A stretch of 64,000 nt of DNA from Diplonema japonicum (GCA_964019335.1 OZ025659.1:558001-622000), one strand, 5' to 3'; counted from the first letter of the stretch, positions 46,972 through 61,968 are shown. Notes: generated by a model not told the origin, from the sequence alone. A program made the numbers and translations.

Positions 46972-47399
46972 TGGGAGGCGCACCGTGACTCTCGACACTA
47001 CACAAAAAATCACAGGAGGGGGGGGGGAAAAAAAAACCCCCCACGTGGCCCCAGTTTTTTTTTTTTGTCCCAAAAAGGGGCCAATTTTTTGTGTTTTTTC
47101 TTTGATTTTGATCTTTCCTCTTTTTCTTATCCCCCCCTTTCCGAAAAAACTGTAAAATGAAAAAAAAAATAAAAAAATGACAAGGCTGGCAAGTGTTTCG
47201 AGTACATTTTTTGTCCGTTTTTACTCTACAGTTTGTTGTTTTTTTTACCTCCATTGTTTCGTTCCTCACACCCCCCTCCTTTTTTCATTTTCTTGCTAAC
47301 TCCGTGTAACGCCAATGAGAAGAGAAAAAAGGAATGGAAACAAAATGGTGAATCTTGTCGTTATTTGCCCCCTTTTTTTTCTTTTCTTCGTTTGTGCTC

Positions 47400-47431
<32 letters not shown>

Positions 47432-47600
47432 GTTTATAAATCAGCAGGAGGGGAAAAAGAAAAAGTGAGAGAAAACCCCCCCTTTTTTTTAGCGTGTGCT
47501 TTATTTTTTTTTTTATTTTAGAAAAAAAATACTATAGAAGCCGAGAAAGTTATCATTGAGCTGCTGTGAAGAAAAAAAACGATGGGAAACCAAGAGAGAA

Positions 47601-47632
47601 AGGGTGCCACCAACACTGGCTTCCTTTATCTC
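47601..47632 (+). repeat. Family B 3'-hairpin remnant
   Basis: agggtgccaccaacactggcttcctttatctc. Confidence 0.7.
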
Positions 47633-48233
47633 TTCTATATTTTTTTTACTCATGGACGAACTCGGCTTCTTTTTCTTTTTCTTTTTTTTTTTTTTTTTTG
47701 TAATTGCTTGCTACCTTCCCCTTCTACGAAAAAAAAAAAAAGAAGAAACAAAAAAAAAAGGTGAGAATATTTGGTTTTTTTTTTTAAAAAAGAAGAAAAA
47801 AAGAACGGTGATCAATTACCCCCCTTTTTTTCCCCATTTTTTTACTTGTTTTCTTCGCCAAAATTACCCCAAGATTGCTTATATTATTCAACGTTTCCTC
47901 CCCTGTGTGTGTGTGTGTGTGTATGTGTGTTTCTTTTTTTTTTTTTTTTCCCGCTACAAAAAAAAAAAGAAAGGAGAAAGAAAACATGATGAGGAAGAAT
48001 TGCAGAATTGGCTAGGACCACCTAGTCCTCTTCCCCCCTTTTTTTTTGGTTTGGTTTGACCCGTACACAGCTGAGACCGCCGTATTTTTTTTTTTTTTTC
48101 TTTTTAAAATTCCCTTTCCCCCCTTGTCATCAAATAAACCTTTTTTTTTTTTTTTTTTTTCCTCTTTTTAGCATCTCAAGATTTCGATAAGTACCCATCT
48201 CACAGAAAAAAGAAAAAAAAAAGAGGAAACAAA

Positions 48234-49784
48234 ATGAAAAGATGGGGAAAACGGGCAGCGGCCGCCATTGGCATCGGGTATGGCGCATACCAAATAGACC
48301 AGCTCTGCTGCTACGAGGTGGGGACGCGAAGTCTGCGAACAGTCTACACAGGGGTGTACTTGCTGTACCAATACAAAGTAGTCTGGACACCGGAGAACAG
48401 CGGCGAGGTGCACGAAAGGGTCGCGCAGCGTATCGTTGAGTGCCTCAAAAAAAACGAAGGCATGTATGTGAAGTTCGGGCAGCAACTAACCACAATGGGA
48501 CACGTCCTCCCACCAGAGTACGTGGAGGCGTTCTCCGTTCTTTGCAGCGACGCTTCTACATACCCAGGCGACGTCATGATGGCAGTCGTGGAAAAGCAAC
48601 TCGGAGGGCCACTATCAGAATTCTTTGAATCATTCGACCCAGAACCCATCGCATCTGCATCTATAGCACAGGTCCACCAAGCCGTTACAAAACACGACAA
48701 AAAACTTGTCGCTGTAAAAATTCAAAAACCAAACGTTGCTTACCAAGTCGGCATCGACTTCGCTATGCTGTATTGTGTTTTGTTCGTTGTCGAAACCGCG
48801 TTCAGCATACCGATGCTGTGGGCGCACAAATACACGGTCTCACGGTACTGTTCTGAGCTGGATTTTTTACTGGAAGCGGAGAACTCCAAGAAATCGAAAA
48901 AACTTCTCGAATCCCGTTTCAAAAACACCGTCTACGTCCCGGAGGTCATCGAGCTTAAAAACGCAAAAAAAACCTCAAAAGTCCTCCTCACAGAATGGAT
49001 CTCAGACACCGTAACCATCAGCGACAAAGAAGGCCTTCTAGCGATGAACCTGGACCTCAACGAGATTTTAAAACTCGCTGTCGGTATATACGCTTATTCC
49101 ATCTTCCAGACAGGGCATGTACATTGCGATCCGCATCCTGGGAACTTGTTGGTTCGAAAAACTAGTCAACACCAGCATCAGATAGTGCTGCTGGACCATG
49201 GGCTTTATGTGGATTTGCCCGACGATACTAGGCAGCAGTATGCAAGATTCTGGAGAAGCATGATTTTGGCTGATGGGAAGTCTCTGAAGGAAGTCTGTGA
49301 TATTTGGGGTATTACAGACGCTGATTTTTTCGCATCGATGACGCAAATGCGGCCTTACAAGTCTTCTAAGGGGAGTTCGCAGGTGGATAAAAGCGTGAAA
49401 TTATCTTCTGAAGACATGGCGAAGATCCACTTGAAGATCAAAGAAAAACTTTCATCCATTCTCCGTGATACGGCTGCCTTCCCCCGTGAGCTGCTTTTTG
49501 TAGGCCGCGCGTTAAACTACCTCCGCAGCCATAATTGGTGTCATGGTTCCATCGTTAATAGGGTTAAGATCCTCGGTGTTTCTGCTGCCGACGGGCTTTC
49601 CACTAAGAATTGGGTGCGGTTTCATGCAACTCTTCAATGCTTGCGGGTTCTTGAGGTCCTCTCCACTACTTTCCCCCGCACCTGGAATTTTCTTTTATGG
49701 GCGCTGCCTTCTAACATTTCGCAAGTCTTCGACGGCTTCGGCAGAGTGTTGGAAGCCTCTCCCGAGATACCTAAAGAGTTTTAA
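48234..49784 (+). CDS. ABC1/UbiB atypical kinase (ADCK1/5-like)
   Basis: GMYVKFGQ, PIASASIAQVH, VAVKIQKP, HCDPHPGN, LLDHG. Confidence 0.9.
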   Translation: MKRWGKRAAAAIGIGYGAYQIDQLCCYEVGTRSLRTVYTGVYLLYQYKVVWTPENSGEVHERVAQRIVECLKKNEGMYVKFGQQLTTMGHVLPPEYVEAFSVLCSDASTYPGDVMMAVVEKQLGGPLSEFFESFDPEPIASASIAQVHQAVTKHDKKLVAVKIQKPNVAYQVGIDFAMLYCVLFVVETAFSIPMLWAHKYTVSRYCSELDFLLEAENSKKSKKLLESRFKNTVYVPEVIELKNAKKTSKVLLTEWISDTVTISDKEGLLAMNLDLNEILKLAVGIYAYSIFQTGHVHCDPHPGNLLVRKTSQHQHQIVLLDHGLYVDLPDDTRQQYARFWRSMILADGKSLKEVCDIWGITDADFFASMTQMRPYKSSKGSSQVDKSVKLSSEDMAKIHLKIKEKLSSILRDTAAFPRELLFVGRALNYLRSHNWCHGSIVNRVKILGVSAADGLSTKNWVRFHATLQCLRVLEVLSTTFPRTWNFLLWALPSNISQVFDGFGRVLEASPEIPKEF

Positions 49785-49803
49785 AAAAAATCTTTTTTTC
49801 TGT

Positions 49804-49836
<33 letters not shown>

Positions 49837-50215
49837 CCTAACTGTTCTAACTATCCCCCTCCTGAAATGCGGGAAGGGTCTTCAAAAAAAAAAGGAAAGG
49901 AGGGTATTTTTTTTTTTTTTTTATATATAAAAAAGTTGCTGCTTTTATATCCCCTTATCCCGTCGCTTTTTCTTTTTGTTTTTCCCTCTTTTTTTTTAAA
50001 GGAGGAGAAGGCCCAAGAGTGCTATGCAGAGAACGAACGGACAAATCGATGGTTACGAAACACGCATATGGGGAGGGGGGGTTTTTTTTTATGGCCTAAA
50101 ATTCCTTCAAAAAAGAAATCATCACCGCCCCCCCCCCTTTTTTTTCTTCCGAGTTTCCCCCTCGCTTCCTTACATAAAAAAAAAAAAAAAAACCACCCCC
50201 AGACGGGCGAGGGAG

Positions 50216-51799
50216 ATGGCAGGCTTCCTCTCTCGGGTGAAGGAAAGAATACACGACAAGGACCAGTATGGGATGATGAGGCGGTGCATCGTGTGCAACG
50301 GTTTGTACCAGTCCGACCCCACGGTGTACGCTGTGACACAGGAGACTGCTGAGTGGACGAACCTAAAATGCGGAAAATGCGAGCAAACCGTGTGGTACTG
50401 CGAAAACGGCGGCACCTCTGTAAGCTGCTGGAGCTGCAGGTACGTTAACGCGATCGGCGTGCAACCAAACAAAAAAGGCTTCCTAGACAACATATGGGGC
50501 GGTGGGAAGTCAAGACGGCAATCATCAACCCCAGCACCCCAAGTACCTGAACACGCCCACACCTGCAAACGGGAAGGACTATGCAGAGTATGCACATTAC
50601 ACGAAGCAGGCCTCGACGAGGCAGGCCACCCTCTCAACGACGATGATGCAAAAGACGACAAAGAATTCCAGTTTGAAGCACCCCCTTCACCGACATCTCT
50701 AGAAGCCTGCAACACAGCATTGTTCAACACAGAATGGAGCCTGAGAAGAATCACAGAGGAAGACGAAACGAGGCAAAGACTGCTTCTCAAGGAAGCGTAC
50801 AAAGGTGAAAGGGATCTCGACGAGGTGATACCGCTCATTGCGGAACCCACCGTGCCTGCTCCTGTGGAGTCTGACTCTGACTCCGATGCTAAAGATGATT
50901 TCGACGAACCGGACCCACCTTCGTCTGCAATGGGATACCGGGCTGTTCCAGAGCGCCTTTTAAGGCCCAACACCGCCACTCAAATAAACACTCCGGAACA
51001 AGCTGAGATGTCGCCCACACGGCAGGTACCAAGCGTCCCCCAGATGCTCACAGATGACGACAGCGGTAAGGAAGAAGTGGACGAAGGAGAATACGAGGGA
51101 CCAACCGGGAACGGAAACCACCTCCCCTCTGAACATGGTACCAACAGCAAAGAAGTTGAGGTTGAGGTTGAGGAGGATGAAAAAGAAGAAGAGCAGATCG
51201 ATACTGAAAGGATCGAGACGCCTAACACCGCCATACAACCGGGTACACCTGAGGTCTGCGAGGTGTCTCCCATGCGGGCCTTGCCGAAAATGCAGGAATT
51301 GCCCGCGAGAGCTGTGCAAGAAGAGCACGACAAGGAAGATGGAGAAGACAAAGAAATACAAGACGAAGCGAAGGAAACTGAGGATGAAACGGCGGCAGTT
51401 GAGGCACAGATGTATGGTTTAAAAAAGAGGGGGGGGGGGAATTTTTGTTTTTAAAAGGTCGCCTTCTAAGGAAAGCAGTTCAGCTCAAGAGCAGGATCCC
51501 AGGGTTGGGGGGCAAACTCCTGCCAAGAAGAACAAGAAAAAGAAGGTGTTCTTTTTTTGGGGGGGGAGAAAAAAAAAAGAAGAAAAAAAAAAAAAAAACA
51601 GAAGCGAGACAAAAAGGATAAAAAGTCAAAGAAAAAAGCGTCAGAGCAACGAGACAGAGAGGACGACGAAAAAGAAGAGGACGAGATGGCAGGACGAGAC
51701 AGAAAGGACGACGAAAAAGAAGAGGACGAGATGATGGCAGAACGAGACAGAGAGGACGACGAAAAAGAAGAGGACGAGTTAGATTCTCTGGATGTGTAA
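50216..51799 (+). CDS. Protein with N-terminal Zn-ribbon CxxC pairs and acidic tail (3 exons)
   Basis: CIVC, CGKC, CWSC, CRVC; introns 51412-51457 and 51546-51601 keep the frame; last exon has three RD(R)EDDEKEEDE-like repeats. Confidence 0.7.
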
Positions 51800-52181
51800 A
51801 AATGGTCTTGAATTTGTTTTTTGTTGTTGTTCCCTTCCCTTCTTTTTTTCTTTTATCGTTCGACAATTATTTTTATAAGTGGGCTTTTTTTTATCTTTTT
51901 TTTATTTTTCCAATCAAAATAAATAAATACTGGAGATGATTAGAATCACTTTAGAAGTGTCGGCAAAATTAAATTAAAGAAGAAAGCTGGGTTCACCGGT
52001 GCATGTGTTTTTTTTTTTTTTTTTTTTTTTTTTTATCTTTCTTTTCTTTTCTTTTCTTTGCAGGGAACCACGTCTATACTGACTTACAAACAACGGCCGG
52101 TTTTTCGATTTTTCGTCTCGTTTTATGTGTTCCCCCCCCTCTGTTTTAATTTCCTCTTTTCTTTTATTTTGTATTTTAGCA

Positions 52182-52215
52182 AGGGCGCCACCAACACCGG
52201 CTTCCTTTTATCTCT
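52182..52215 (+). repeat. Family B 3'-hairpin remnant
   Basis: agggcgccaccaacaccggcttccttttatctct. Confidence 0.7.
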
Positions 52216-52778
52216 TTATACGTTTACCCTTCCCCTTTCTACCATTAACCCGACCTTTTTTTTTCCTTTCTTTTTTTGTTGTTGTGTGTTACTTTATTAT
52301 TATCCCTCCCCATCCCCCTTTTTTTTAAAAAAAGAAATTGCCCTCTGAAGGTTAGGGATGAGCAGAAAAAAAAAAAAAAGGAAGAAAAAGAAAAGAGGGA
52401 ATGGGCACGAGTAGAACGAATAAAAAAAAAAGAAGATTTTTTATTTTAACCTGATACATCCTATCTCCGGGAAGAGGAGGGAGGAGGGGGGGTAGATAAA
52501 AAACAAAAAAGGTGGGGTGTGATGGAAAAGTGCTTTGCGGACTAAGAATTCTTATCTAAATTTTTTTACAGAAAAGAAAACCCACAGGACACCATATAAA
52601 AACCCCACCCACCCCTCTTATTGTTTTACAAACAAAAAAAAGACACCGTATGCATCAAGGTTAAAAAAAAAAAGGATATTACTTTTTTTTTCCCTTTTTT
52701 CTTCTTCTCTTTACACCGTTATCCCCAGCAGAAAGGAGAAAAGGGAGGGGAGGAGGAAAAAAAAAAAAAGAAAAAAAA

Positions 52779-55160
52779 ATGTTTCGCAAGAGTATCCCAA
52801 CACTTTGTGATGTATTAGGCAAGTCGGCAGCAATATATCCGGGAAAATGCCTGTGTGGAAGGGTTCAATTCGCCGTGGAGGGCACACCTGACTGGGTAGC
52901 CGTGGAACATTCGCACTTCTACAGAAGGAGCCACGCATGCATGAATATTGCGGTAGCCGGGTACAAGCCGCAAAAGTTTGTAGTTACTGAAGGAGAGGGG
53001 CTGCTCCACAGGAAGCCCTTTGACACTATATATAAACACACTTGCAAGGCTTGTGGTACTCATGTTTACGATGACTGGCTTTCATATCACAAGAAAGTAA
53101 TCTTCCCCCCGCAGCTCGACTCGATGGGTGGGAACCACAAATATTCGGCCGATTGGGAGGCATTTCACCCTCAGTTTCACATTCACTATAATTCCGCGGT
53201 ATGTCTTTTTCTTTTATTATATGCAACCTATGGGGGCCTCACTTCCGAGGACGATCGCCTGCAGCGGTGAATACGGTTTTGCTGAAAGGACACATCAAAG
53301 ACCCGTTGTCCTACGTCATCTGTCACTCGCTAAAAGTGATATCGAGCGCGCTGGAAAGGACAGGTCTTGGACAGAGAGTGCGACAAATAGTGCAGAGGTA
53401 CGGCTCACAGAGGACCCCCTTGGGACCGGTGGGGAATCTGATATGCAGGTGGATGCCGAGAATCGGATGGGACTGGGAGAAGATGGAAATAGCCACAGAA
53501 CTTGAGTGGCCCAAGCGAGGAAGCGCCTTCAGGGCGGCTGTAAGGGCAGCCAGGAGTGCGACACTAGCAACGGAACGGAAGACGGTCAGCGGACTCGGGG
53601 AAGGAGCAGATCCCAAAACGAATGACCTCTGGAGGACAGCTAAAGATCGCCATCTAGCTTTCTGTATCAAGAGGGTAATTGCGGGAGGGATCCCCTACCT
53701 AAGTCCGTATGCCAGAGCAGGACCAAAGTGTGTACCCCCCACGAATGAGGACGACGAGTCCGAGGGACGGAGCGAAGAAGAGGAAGATCAAGACGAGCCA
53801 GCGGCGCATGAAGGACAAGACGAGTCGGGATTTGAATGTGACCTCTGCCCGACCAAGCATGCGGACACAGTAACACTGCTACGCCACCAGCTGTACGAGT
53901 GCCCGCCAGCACGAGAGGAGCTGATACGGGAGGAGATGGAACCACTGCGCGACAGGACGGGATGGCCGCTCTGCCTCGAGCTGCATGCCATCCTACCAAG
54001 GGGGAACGGGTTCGAACACCTGGAGAAGCTGCAGCGATACCTGGCAATGGTGGTGGAAAAGCGGGACGAAGGGCTGATGCAGGCAGAAGGCGGCAACAAG
54101 AAGCTACCATGGGAGCGGGAAGTGACAGGCAAAGTGACCCCGGTACCGACGACAGCACAGCTGGGGACAGTGGTGGGACTGCTGGAGCAATTCGGGGAAC
54201 CACTACTGGAATGGATGGGAAAGCTGCGATGGGTGGAGGGCGACACCGACTCGGAGGTTTCAGCAGCTGAACTTGCACTCGACTTTGAGGAGACAACCGG
54301 TAAGTCACTGGGAGTCTACAACATGCAGAGGAAGGCACGCAGAAACAAGCTGTTGGTGGAGGGAGCCAACGCAGTGTGCAGAACGAGACGGATAAGACGC
54401 CCCTTCCCTGCGGACGGGGCAAAGAGGGTCAAGTCGCTCACAGCGATCGGAGGCAAGGCTGCAATAGGCTTTAACAGGAGACCGATCTTCGCATCAAGAC
54501 AGACAGCGCAAAAGCTACAGGAGTTGAAAGGGACATACAAGAAAGAACGCGTGTCGAGACTACGAAAAGCTTTAAAGGCGACAATAGGAACGAAGGCTAT
54601 GCTCCAGAAGGGGAGCATTAATAGATAGGAACTCACACCACAAGAGGCTGTCCTCGAGTGGGATTGTCTTTTACTATGAGTTTATTTTTTTTTGGTGGTG
54701 GGGATAACATGGAAATATAAGAAGTACATCAGATGTGTTGTTCGCTGTTGACCTCCTCGTCGGTCATCACCGGTAGCGCCCGAGTGGGAGAAGCAGATGC
54801 TCTGGGTGACGAACAGGCAGCAAACTACACGGGCTCAGAAAATCTTGGTTACCCGGGGCGCCCCGGCTGGGGTTGAGCTGCACACCGCACGCATTAAGAA
54901 CACGACGCGGAACGCAGAAGAAGCTACAGCTAGGCCGAGGTGCGCCCCCTGTAATCAAGTAAATGGTGCTTGTGCAGGGTGCCCCCACCGGCTTCCTTTA
55001 AATCATCGAGTTTATTTTTTCCATACCAACGCCACACGCACAGCTCCTCCCTGTCTACGATGGTCTGCCTAAATACGCGCAACTTCCTAAGGAGTGGCGA
55101 GGGGGTACTGGGGAGTTGGTATCAGAAGATTTGAGTTATCCGTACTCGGCAAAAAGTAGT
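52779..55160 (+). CDS. GFA/Mss4-like (CENP-V/GFA) protein; exon 1 52779-53198, exon 2 55044-55160
   Basis: GKCLCGRV, HTCKACGTHV, FHPQFHIHYNSA | LLPVYDGLPKY...GGTGE completes the fold across a 1845-nt intron (53199-55043). Confidence 0.85.
53219..54680 (+). mobile_element. 5'-truncated non-LTR retrotransposon (family A) inside the GFA intron
   Basis: LWGPH..KGHIKDP matches the 29613 element; knuckle CDLC...HQLYEC; ends QKGSINR*; TTTATT TSD at 53213-18 and 54681-86. Confidence 0.88.
54694..55010 (+). mobile_element. Second insert (family B) in the same intron
   Basis: Flanked by tttatttttt duplications; its 3' ~60 bp matches dispersed copies at 16321, 2212, 47601 and 52182. Confidence 0.7.
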
Positions 55161-55219
<59 letters not shown>

Positions 55220-55338
55220 GTCTTCCATTTATGTTTTTCTTCTTTTTTCTCCTTCCCCCACGCGCTATATAACAGGGGGGGAGGGAACGAGAGGGAAGAA
55301 AAGAAAAAAAAAGGAAAGAAAAAAAAAAAAAAAAAACA

Positions 55339-57575
<2,237 letters not shown>

Positions 57576-57974
57576 ATGAAGAACGATTTATTTTCATTTT
57601 CCCCCTTTCCAACCCTGCCTGAAACAGTTATTGTAAAAAAAAGAAAAGAATAACCGGATGATATTAAAAAAAAAAGAAAAAAAAAAGTATTCCTCTTGTT
57701 TTTGTTTTGCTTTAAAAAATATTCGTTTCTATGCCCCCCCCCCCCCCCCCATTGTTCCCTTTACTAAAGATATCCCCTTTGTAAACCCTGTTTTTTCCCC
57801 TTTTTTTTCTTCTTTCCACTCTCAAAAAAATCATTGACCCCCACCCCCATCCCGTTCACTTTTTTTTAGAAAAAACTTTTCTGTTTCACAAAATGCAAAA
57901 GAAAAAAAAAAACTTTTTTTACGAAAGGAGGTGGAGCGAGAAAGAAAAAAAAAAAAAAAAGAAAAAAAAAAAAA

Positions 57975-59044
57975 ATGACCGAAGCAAGGTTGTCGTTCAT
58001 CGTGGATTACATGGATCCCCAGGCAGGCCTGGTGCGGAAGTACCAACTGTGTTACTTCACGACCGACAACACCATAGAGATGCACGATATCAAGAACCGA
58101 AGGGTCTTTTTAAAACGGTGCAATTTTCCCCAGGTGAAACCGAGGGACCTGCACCTCGGCGCGACCGTGACCATATACTCAAGAAAGCTAACAGTTGTGG
58201 AGTACGCAGACGACGCAACACGGCACCTCTACGCGTCGGAGAACGACATTGCACTGGTCGTGGTATGGAAAAAAGAGGGGAAAAAAAAAAAAAAAAAAAA
58301 AAAAAGATCCACGAGCTAGCGAACCTCGGCGTCATTCTTCAGTACATTGCCTCATCTGGGCTGCGAATTGTCAATTTGAACATGTTGTCGCTGACAAGAG
58401 CAGAAGTCGAGGAGTTCAGCCCGGATCACGTTGGGAAATGGGACGGGAAACGCCTCACCGTGGTAGAAATATCAGGGAAAAACCTCATGGAAACATGGGA
58501 GGCAGGTGGGTTAGAAGGATCCGCTTGGATCAGCGGCTTGGAAACAGGCAGGGGCGACGCATCATGGTTCTTCGGTCCGGGCTCTGCAAGATCCGAGCGC
58601 AGCGCAGCGGAAATGACCAACTGCACCATAGGGATCATCAAACCTCACGCAGTAACTGATTCCGCAGGGAAAATCGTGCAAGAAATTATAGATGAAGGCT
58701 TCACCATAAACGCCCTTCGCAGGGTTTGTCTAGACAGGGCAGATGCGGTTGACTTCCTTGAAGTCTACAAGGGTGTCCTACCAGAGTACTCCAAGCTTGT
58801 GGAACAGCTTTCTTCAGGTCCTTCTTGGGTCATGGAGGTGACGGCGGAGGACCCTGTTCAGTCCTTCAGGGACCTCTGCGGTCCCCACGACCCCGACATA
58901 GGGAGGGTACTCCGCCCCGCATCGATTCGTGCTAAGTACGGGAAAACCCGTATTGAGAATGCCATACACTGCACAGACCTCCCGGAGGACGGTGTTCTTG
59001 AGTCGGACTTTTTCTTTAACCTTCTGCGTCCGGTGTCTTCATAG
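57975..59044 (+). CDS. NME7: Nucleoside diphosphate kinase 7 (DM10 plus NDK domains), 2 exons
   Basis: DM10-type RLSFIVDYMDPQA..DNTIEMHDIKNRRVFLKR; intron 58263-58306; TIGIIKPHAV, NAIHCTDLPEDG. Confidence 0.9.
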
Positions 59045-59077
59045 ATATGGAGGAGAGGGGGGGAGATGAAAGTGTGT

Positions 59078-59111
<34 letters not shown>

Positions 59112-59265
59112 TTGTGTAAATAGAACGGTTTTTTTTTTTTTTTAAACCCGTTTTTCCACCTTCCCCAATTGCATTTGTTTTGTTTTGTTTTTTGAATGAA
59201 CAGCCAAAAAAAAAAAAAAAAAAAAAAAAAAGGAACAAAAGGGAAAAAAAAAAGAAAGAAAATAT

Positions 59266-60192
59266 ATGACGGCACCGGCGACAACGTTGGTGACGCTGAC
59301 TTATAATGGTATGAAGATGGGTTTCCCCACCCCCAAAAAGATTTTTTTAAAAAAAAATACCCCAGGTCCCGTCCCTTACCCCCACAGAGCGGTCACGGAG
59401 CCCACTCCGGATGACCAATTTTCGGAGCACATGAGCAAGGCTGAGGTATGGGTCTCTTCCCCCCCAAAGAAAAAAACAACAACAGGAAGAAACAAGGAAG
59501 AGAGACGCGGAGCACCAGGCGGAGCAGGAGAAAGCGAAAGCGGCTCCCAGCGCGATGGGCAAGTTCAGCATGTTCGCCAAGGGCGTGGCACACAGCGTCT
59601 CGAAGAGTGCAAACCAACTGCATGACGCAGTTGAGACAAGTATGGGAAAGAAAGAGGGAGGGGAAAAAAAACTTTTTTTTTTTAAACAGAGGTAAGGACT
59701 GAGATGAAGGATAGGGACAAGGCCAAGTTTGCGAGCCTTTTCCCAGAGCTTGCGGCTTCTACTTACTTCTGTGTGTACGCGTGCAAGGCCATGAACAATG
59801 GGCAGCTCACGGGTGGGGATTTGTACGTATGCAGTACCCACTTGTGCTTTGTGTCAGGTGCCGTGAAAGAAATGGTACCCTTTGCAAGCGTTCTCTCCAT
59901 TTTGAGGAGCGTTGTGCTGCCCACCGTGACCAACGGCCCTCCCTTCATCCTTCCTGTTCCTGCCGAACATGTGATCCCCCAGTGTCTCCAGTTCTACACC
60001 AGCGCCATGCAGATATTCCAGTTTCTTGATTTTTCGAATACTACTACCCAAGCCACTACACACCTCACTTCCACAGTCCACGGCACCAGCCTGGAGAGGT
60101 GCTACAACTTTGTCGATCATGCTTGGAGGGCCTCCACCACAGTTCCCCAGCCCGGCGCGAACTACCTTCCCCCTTCGGGGTCCCAGGCATAA
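59266..60192 (+). CDS. GRAM/PH-like domain protein (4 exons)
   Basis: Introns 59309-59365, 59446-59485 and 59640-59689 keep the frame; F..LFP...YAC....GDLYVCSTHLCF is GRAM-like. Confidence 0.65.
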
Positions 60193-60597
60193 GCTAAGAA
60201 GGGAACGAAGAAAAAATAGAAACAAAATGAATATGAGGAGAAGGGGAGAGGGGAACAAGTGTTATTATAGCGCCACACAATCTTTTTTTTTTTTTTTTGA
60301 TTCTCTCCTCTTTTTTTTTTTTGATTCCTAGCTAAATGATTCTTGTTCGTTTTTTTTTTCTTCTTCTCCCCCCCCCCCCCTGATCTTACAGCGCTGCCCC
60401 TCCCTCCCCCCACAGAAGAAGTAAAATGATTGTTGATGACAAAAAAAAAAAAGAAATGGAGCGTTATTTTTTTTTATTTGTTTTGTTTTTCTTATCTTAT
60501 AATTCATTTTTTTTTTTCCAAAGCACCCCTGTCAGTTTTTTTTTTTTAGAAAAAAAAAAAAAAAAAAAGAAGCCTCCCCCCTCCCCCTCCCTATTTC

Positions 60598-61968
60598 ATG
60601 AGGCGAGCTGCCCGCCCCGATGAGCCGTCGTTAGTGGCTGCGAATGCATATTACTTTAACGTTGTGAAAAAAGCGGGTAAACTGAAAGGGAGGAGAGGAG
60701 GGAGAGGAGTGAAGGCGTATATTGCAGAAGAGTGTAAAGGGAAAATGGCGGAGCTAGAGGCCAGCATAGAGGAGCGCCTCGGAAGCGAGAAGCGACTAGA
60801 AAGCATGGTGGACAAGACAAAAAAACAGCTTCGAAAAAAACTGAAAACAAAATTCTGCGGGTCACGAGAAGAACAACGCGCCCGCGAGGAAAAGGCCTTA
60901 AAATCCGCTGCGATCGAAGCTGTAGTACTGCCAAGCATTAACTCGAAATGCCCGGTTTCCGAAAAAGCATGGTCCCTCCAACGCAAAGAAGTACTGGACA
61001 AGGTATGGGCGGCAGCGCAAAAAGACGCAGCGGTCCAAGGCGAGCTCGAAAAACTAGAAGAGGCTCACAAACGAAGAGACGACATCAAAACCCAAGCATT
61101 GTTTTTAGACAGTCAGTGCATTGAAAAAAACAAAAAACGGGAAACGTTAAAACTCGAAAAAAAAGAAGAGCTTGAAAAAGCTCGCTTGATCCACCAAGAG
61201 TGGACAGCAGCGCAGGCCAAGGCGATGTTGAACACGCGGGATAGGGAGCTGGCAGCAAGGCAAGAAACGTTCAACCGAACCGAAGAGAAAAAGAAGCAAT
61301 TGGCAACACGGCAGCTAGAACAACGACGAGAGGAGGAGCTGCACAACGAATCTCTAAAACGGCAGACATTGCAAGAGAAAGCCCTTTCAGATGCAAGAAA
61401 ACAGGACCAGTTTAACCAGTGGCGACAGTATCTCGACAACAAAGAACAACACAGAAAAGAGCAAAAGAAGTCGCTCAATTCGTCGGTGTCTCTCTCGCAC
61501 GATTCTTGCAACCATTTCACTGGTGGGGACGTGTACAAGGCAGAGCTTAACAAAAGGCTTCAAACACAATCTGTTTGCGAAGGCCTGGCGAAGGTGCTCC
61601 ACCAAGAAGCCGAAAAGAAGCGTGTTGATCTGGAGACAAAAAAGGTTAACGAGATTAAAAAATATGAGGAAAAACAGGCCGACGCGGAAATATCCCGAAT
61701 GTCTGCCATAGCCGCCAGGAACAGGAACCAAGCCCTAGTACTAGATGCACAGCTCGTGCAGAAACAAGAACAGGAACGGCGTGAGAAGGAGATGGAAAAA
61801 AGGGAAACCGATCGAATGTTGGAACACCAAGCCGTGCAGGACAAACGGCGGTCGGAGGAGGAGAGAAAGAAGAGAATGGACCAGCACACGTACATCAACA
61901 CCCTGGCCGTTCAGGTAGGCATCGGGAAGCACAACGGCCTGAGGGGCATGCAGATCAAGATAAAGTAA
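60598..61968 (+). CDS. Long E/K/R/Q-rich coiled-coil protein (trichohyalin-like, possibly axonemal)
   Basis: 456-aa ORF with charged helical composition. Confidence 0.65.
   Translation: MRRAARPDEPSLVAANAYYFNVVKKAGKLKGRRGGRGVKAYIAEECKGKMAELEASIEERLGSEKRLESMVDKTKKQLRKKLKTKFCGSREEQRAREEKALKSAAIEAVVLPSINSKCPVSEKAWSLQRKEVLDKVWAAAQKDAAVQGELEKLEEAHKRRDDIKTQALFLDSQCIEKNKKRETLKLEKKEELEKARLIHQEWTAAQAKAMLNTRDRELAARQETFNRTEEKKKQLATRQLEQRREEELHNESLKRQTLQEKALSDARKQDQFNQWRQYLDNKEQHRKEQKKSLNSSVSLSHDSCNHFTGGDVYKAELNKRLQTQSVCEGLAKVLHQEAEKKRVDLETKKVNEIKKYEEKQADAEISRMSAIAARNRNQALVLDAQLVQKQEQERREKEMEKRETDRMLEHQAVQDKRRSEEERKKRMDQHTYINTLAVQVGIGKHNGLRGMQIKIK

Noticed and set aside
51650-51778. Three ~42-45 bp direct repeats as a CRISPR-like array
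   Set aside because: In-frame coding repeats (RDREDDEKEEDE) with almost no spacers, in a eukaryote
53201-54628. Host gene or a fusion with GFA
   Set aside because: The ATG is part of the intron donor (GTATG); the ORF is a headless retroelement fragment bounded by TSDs
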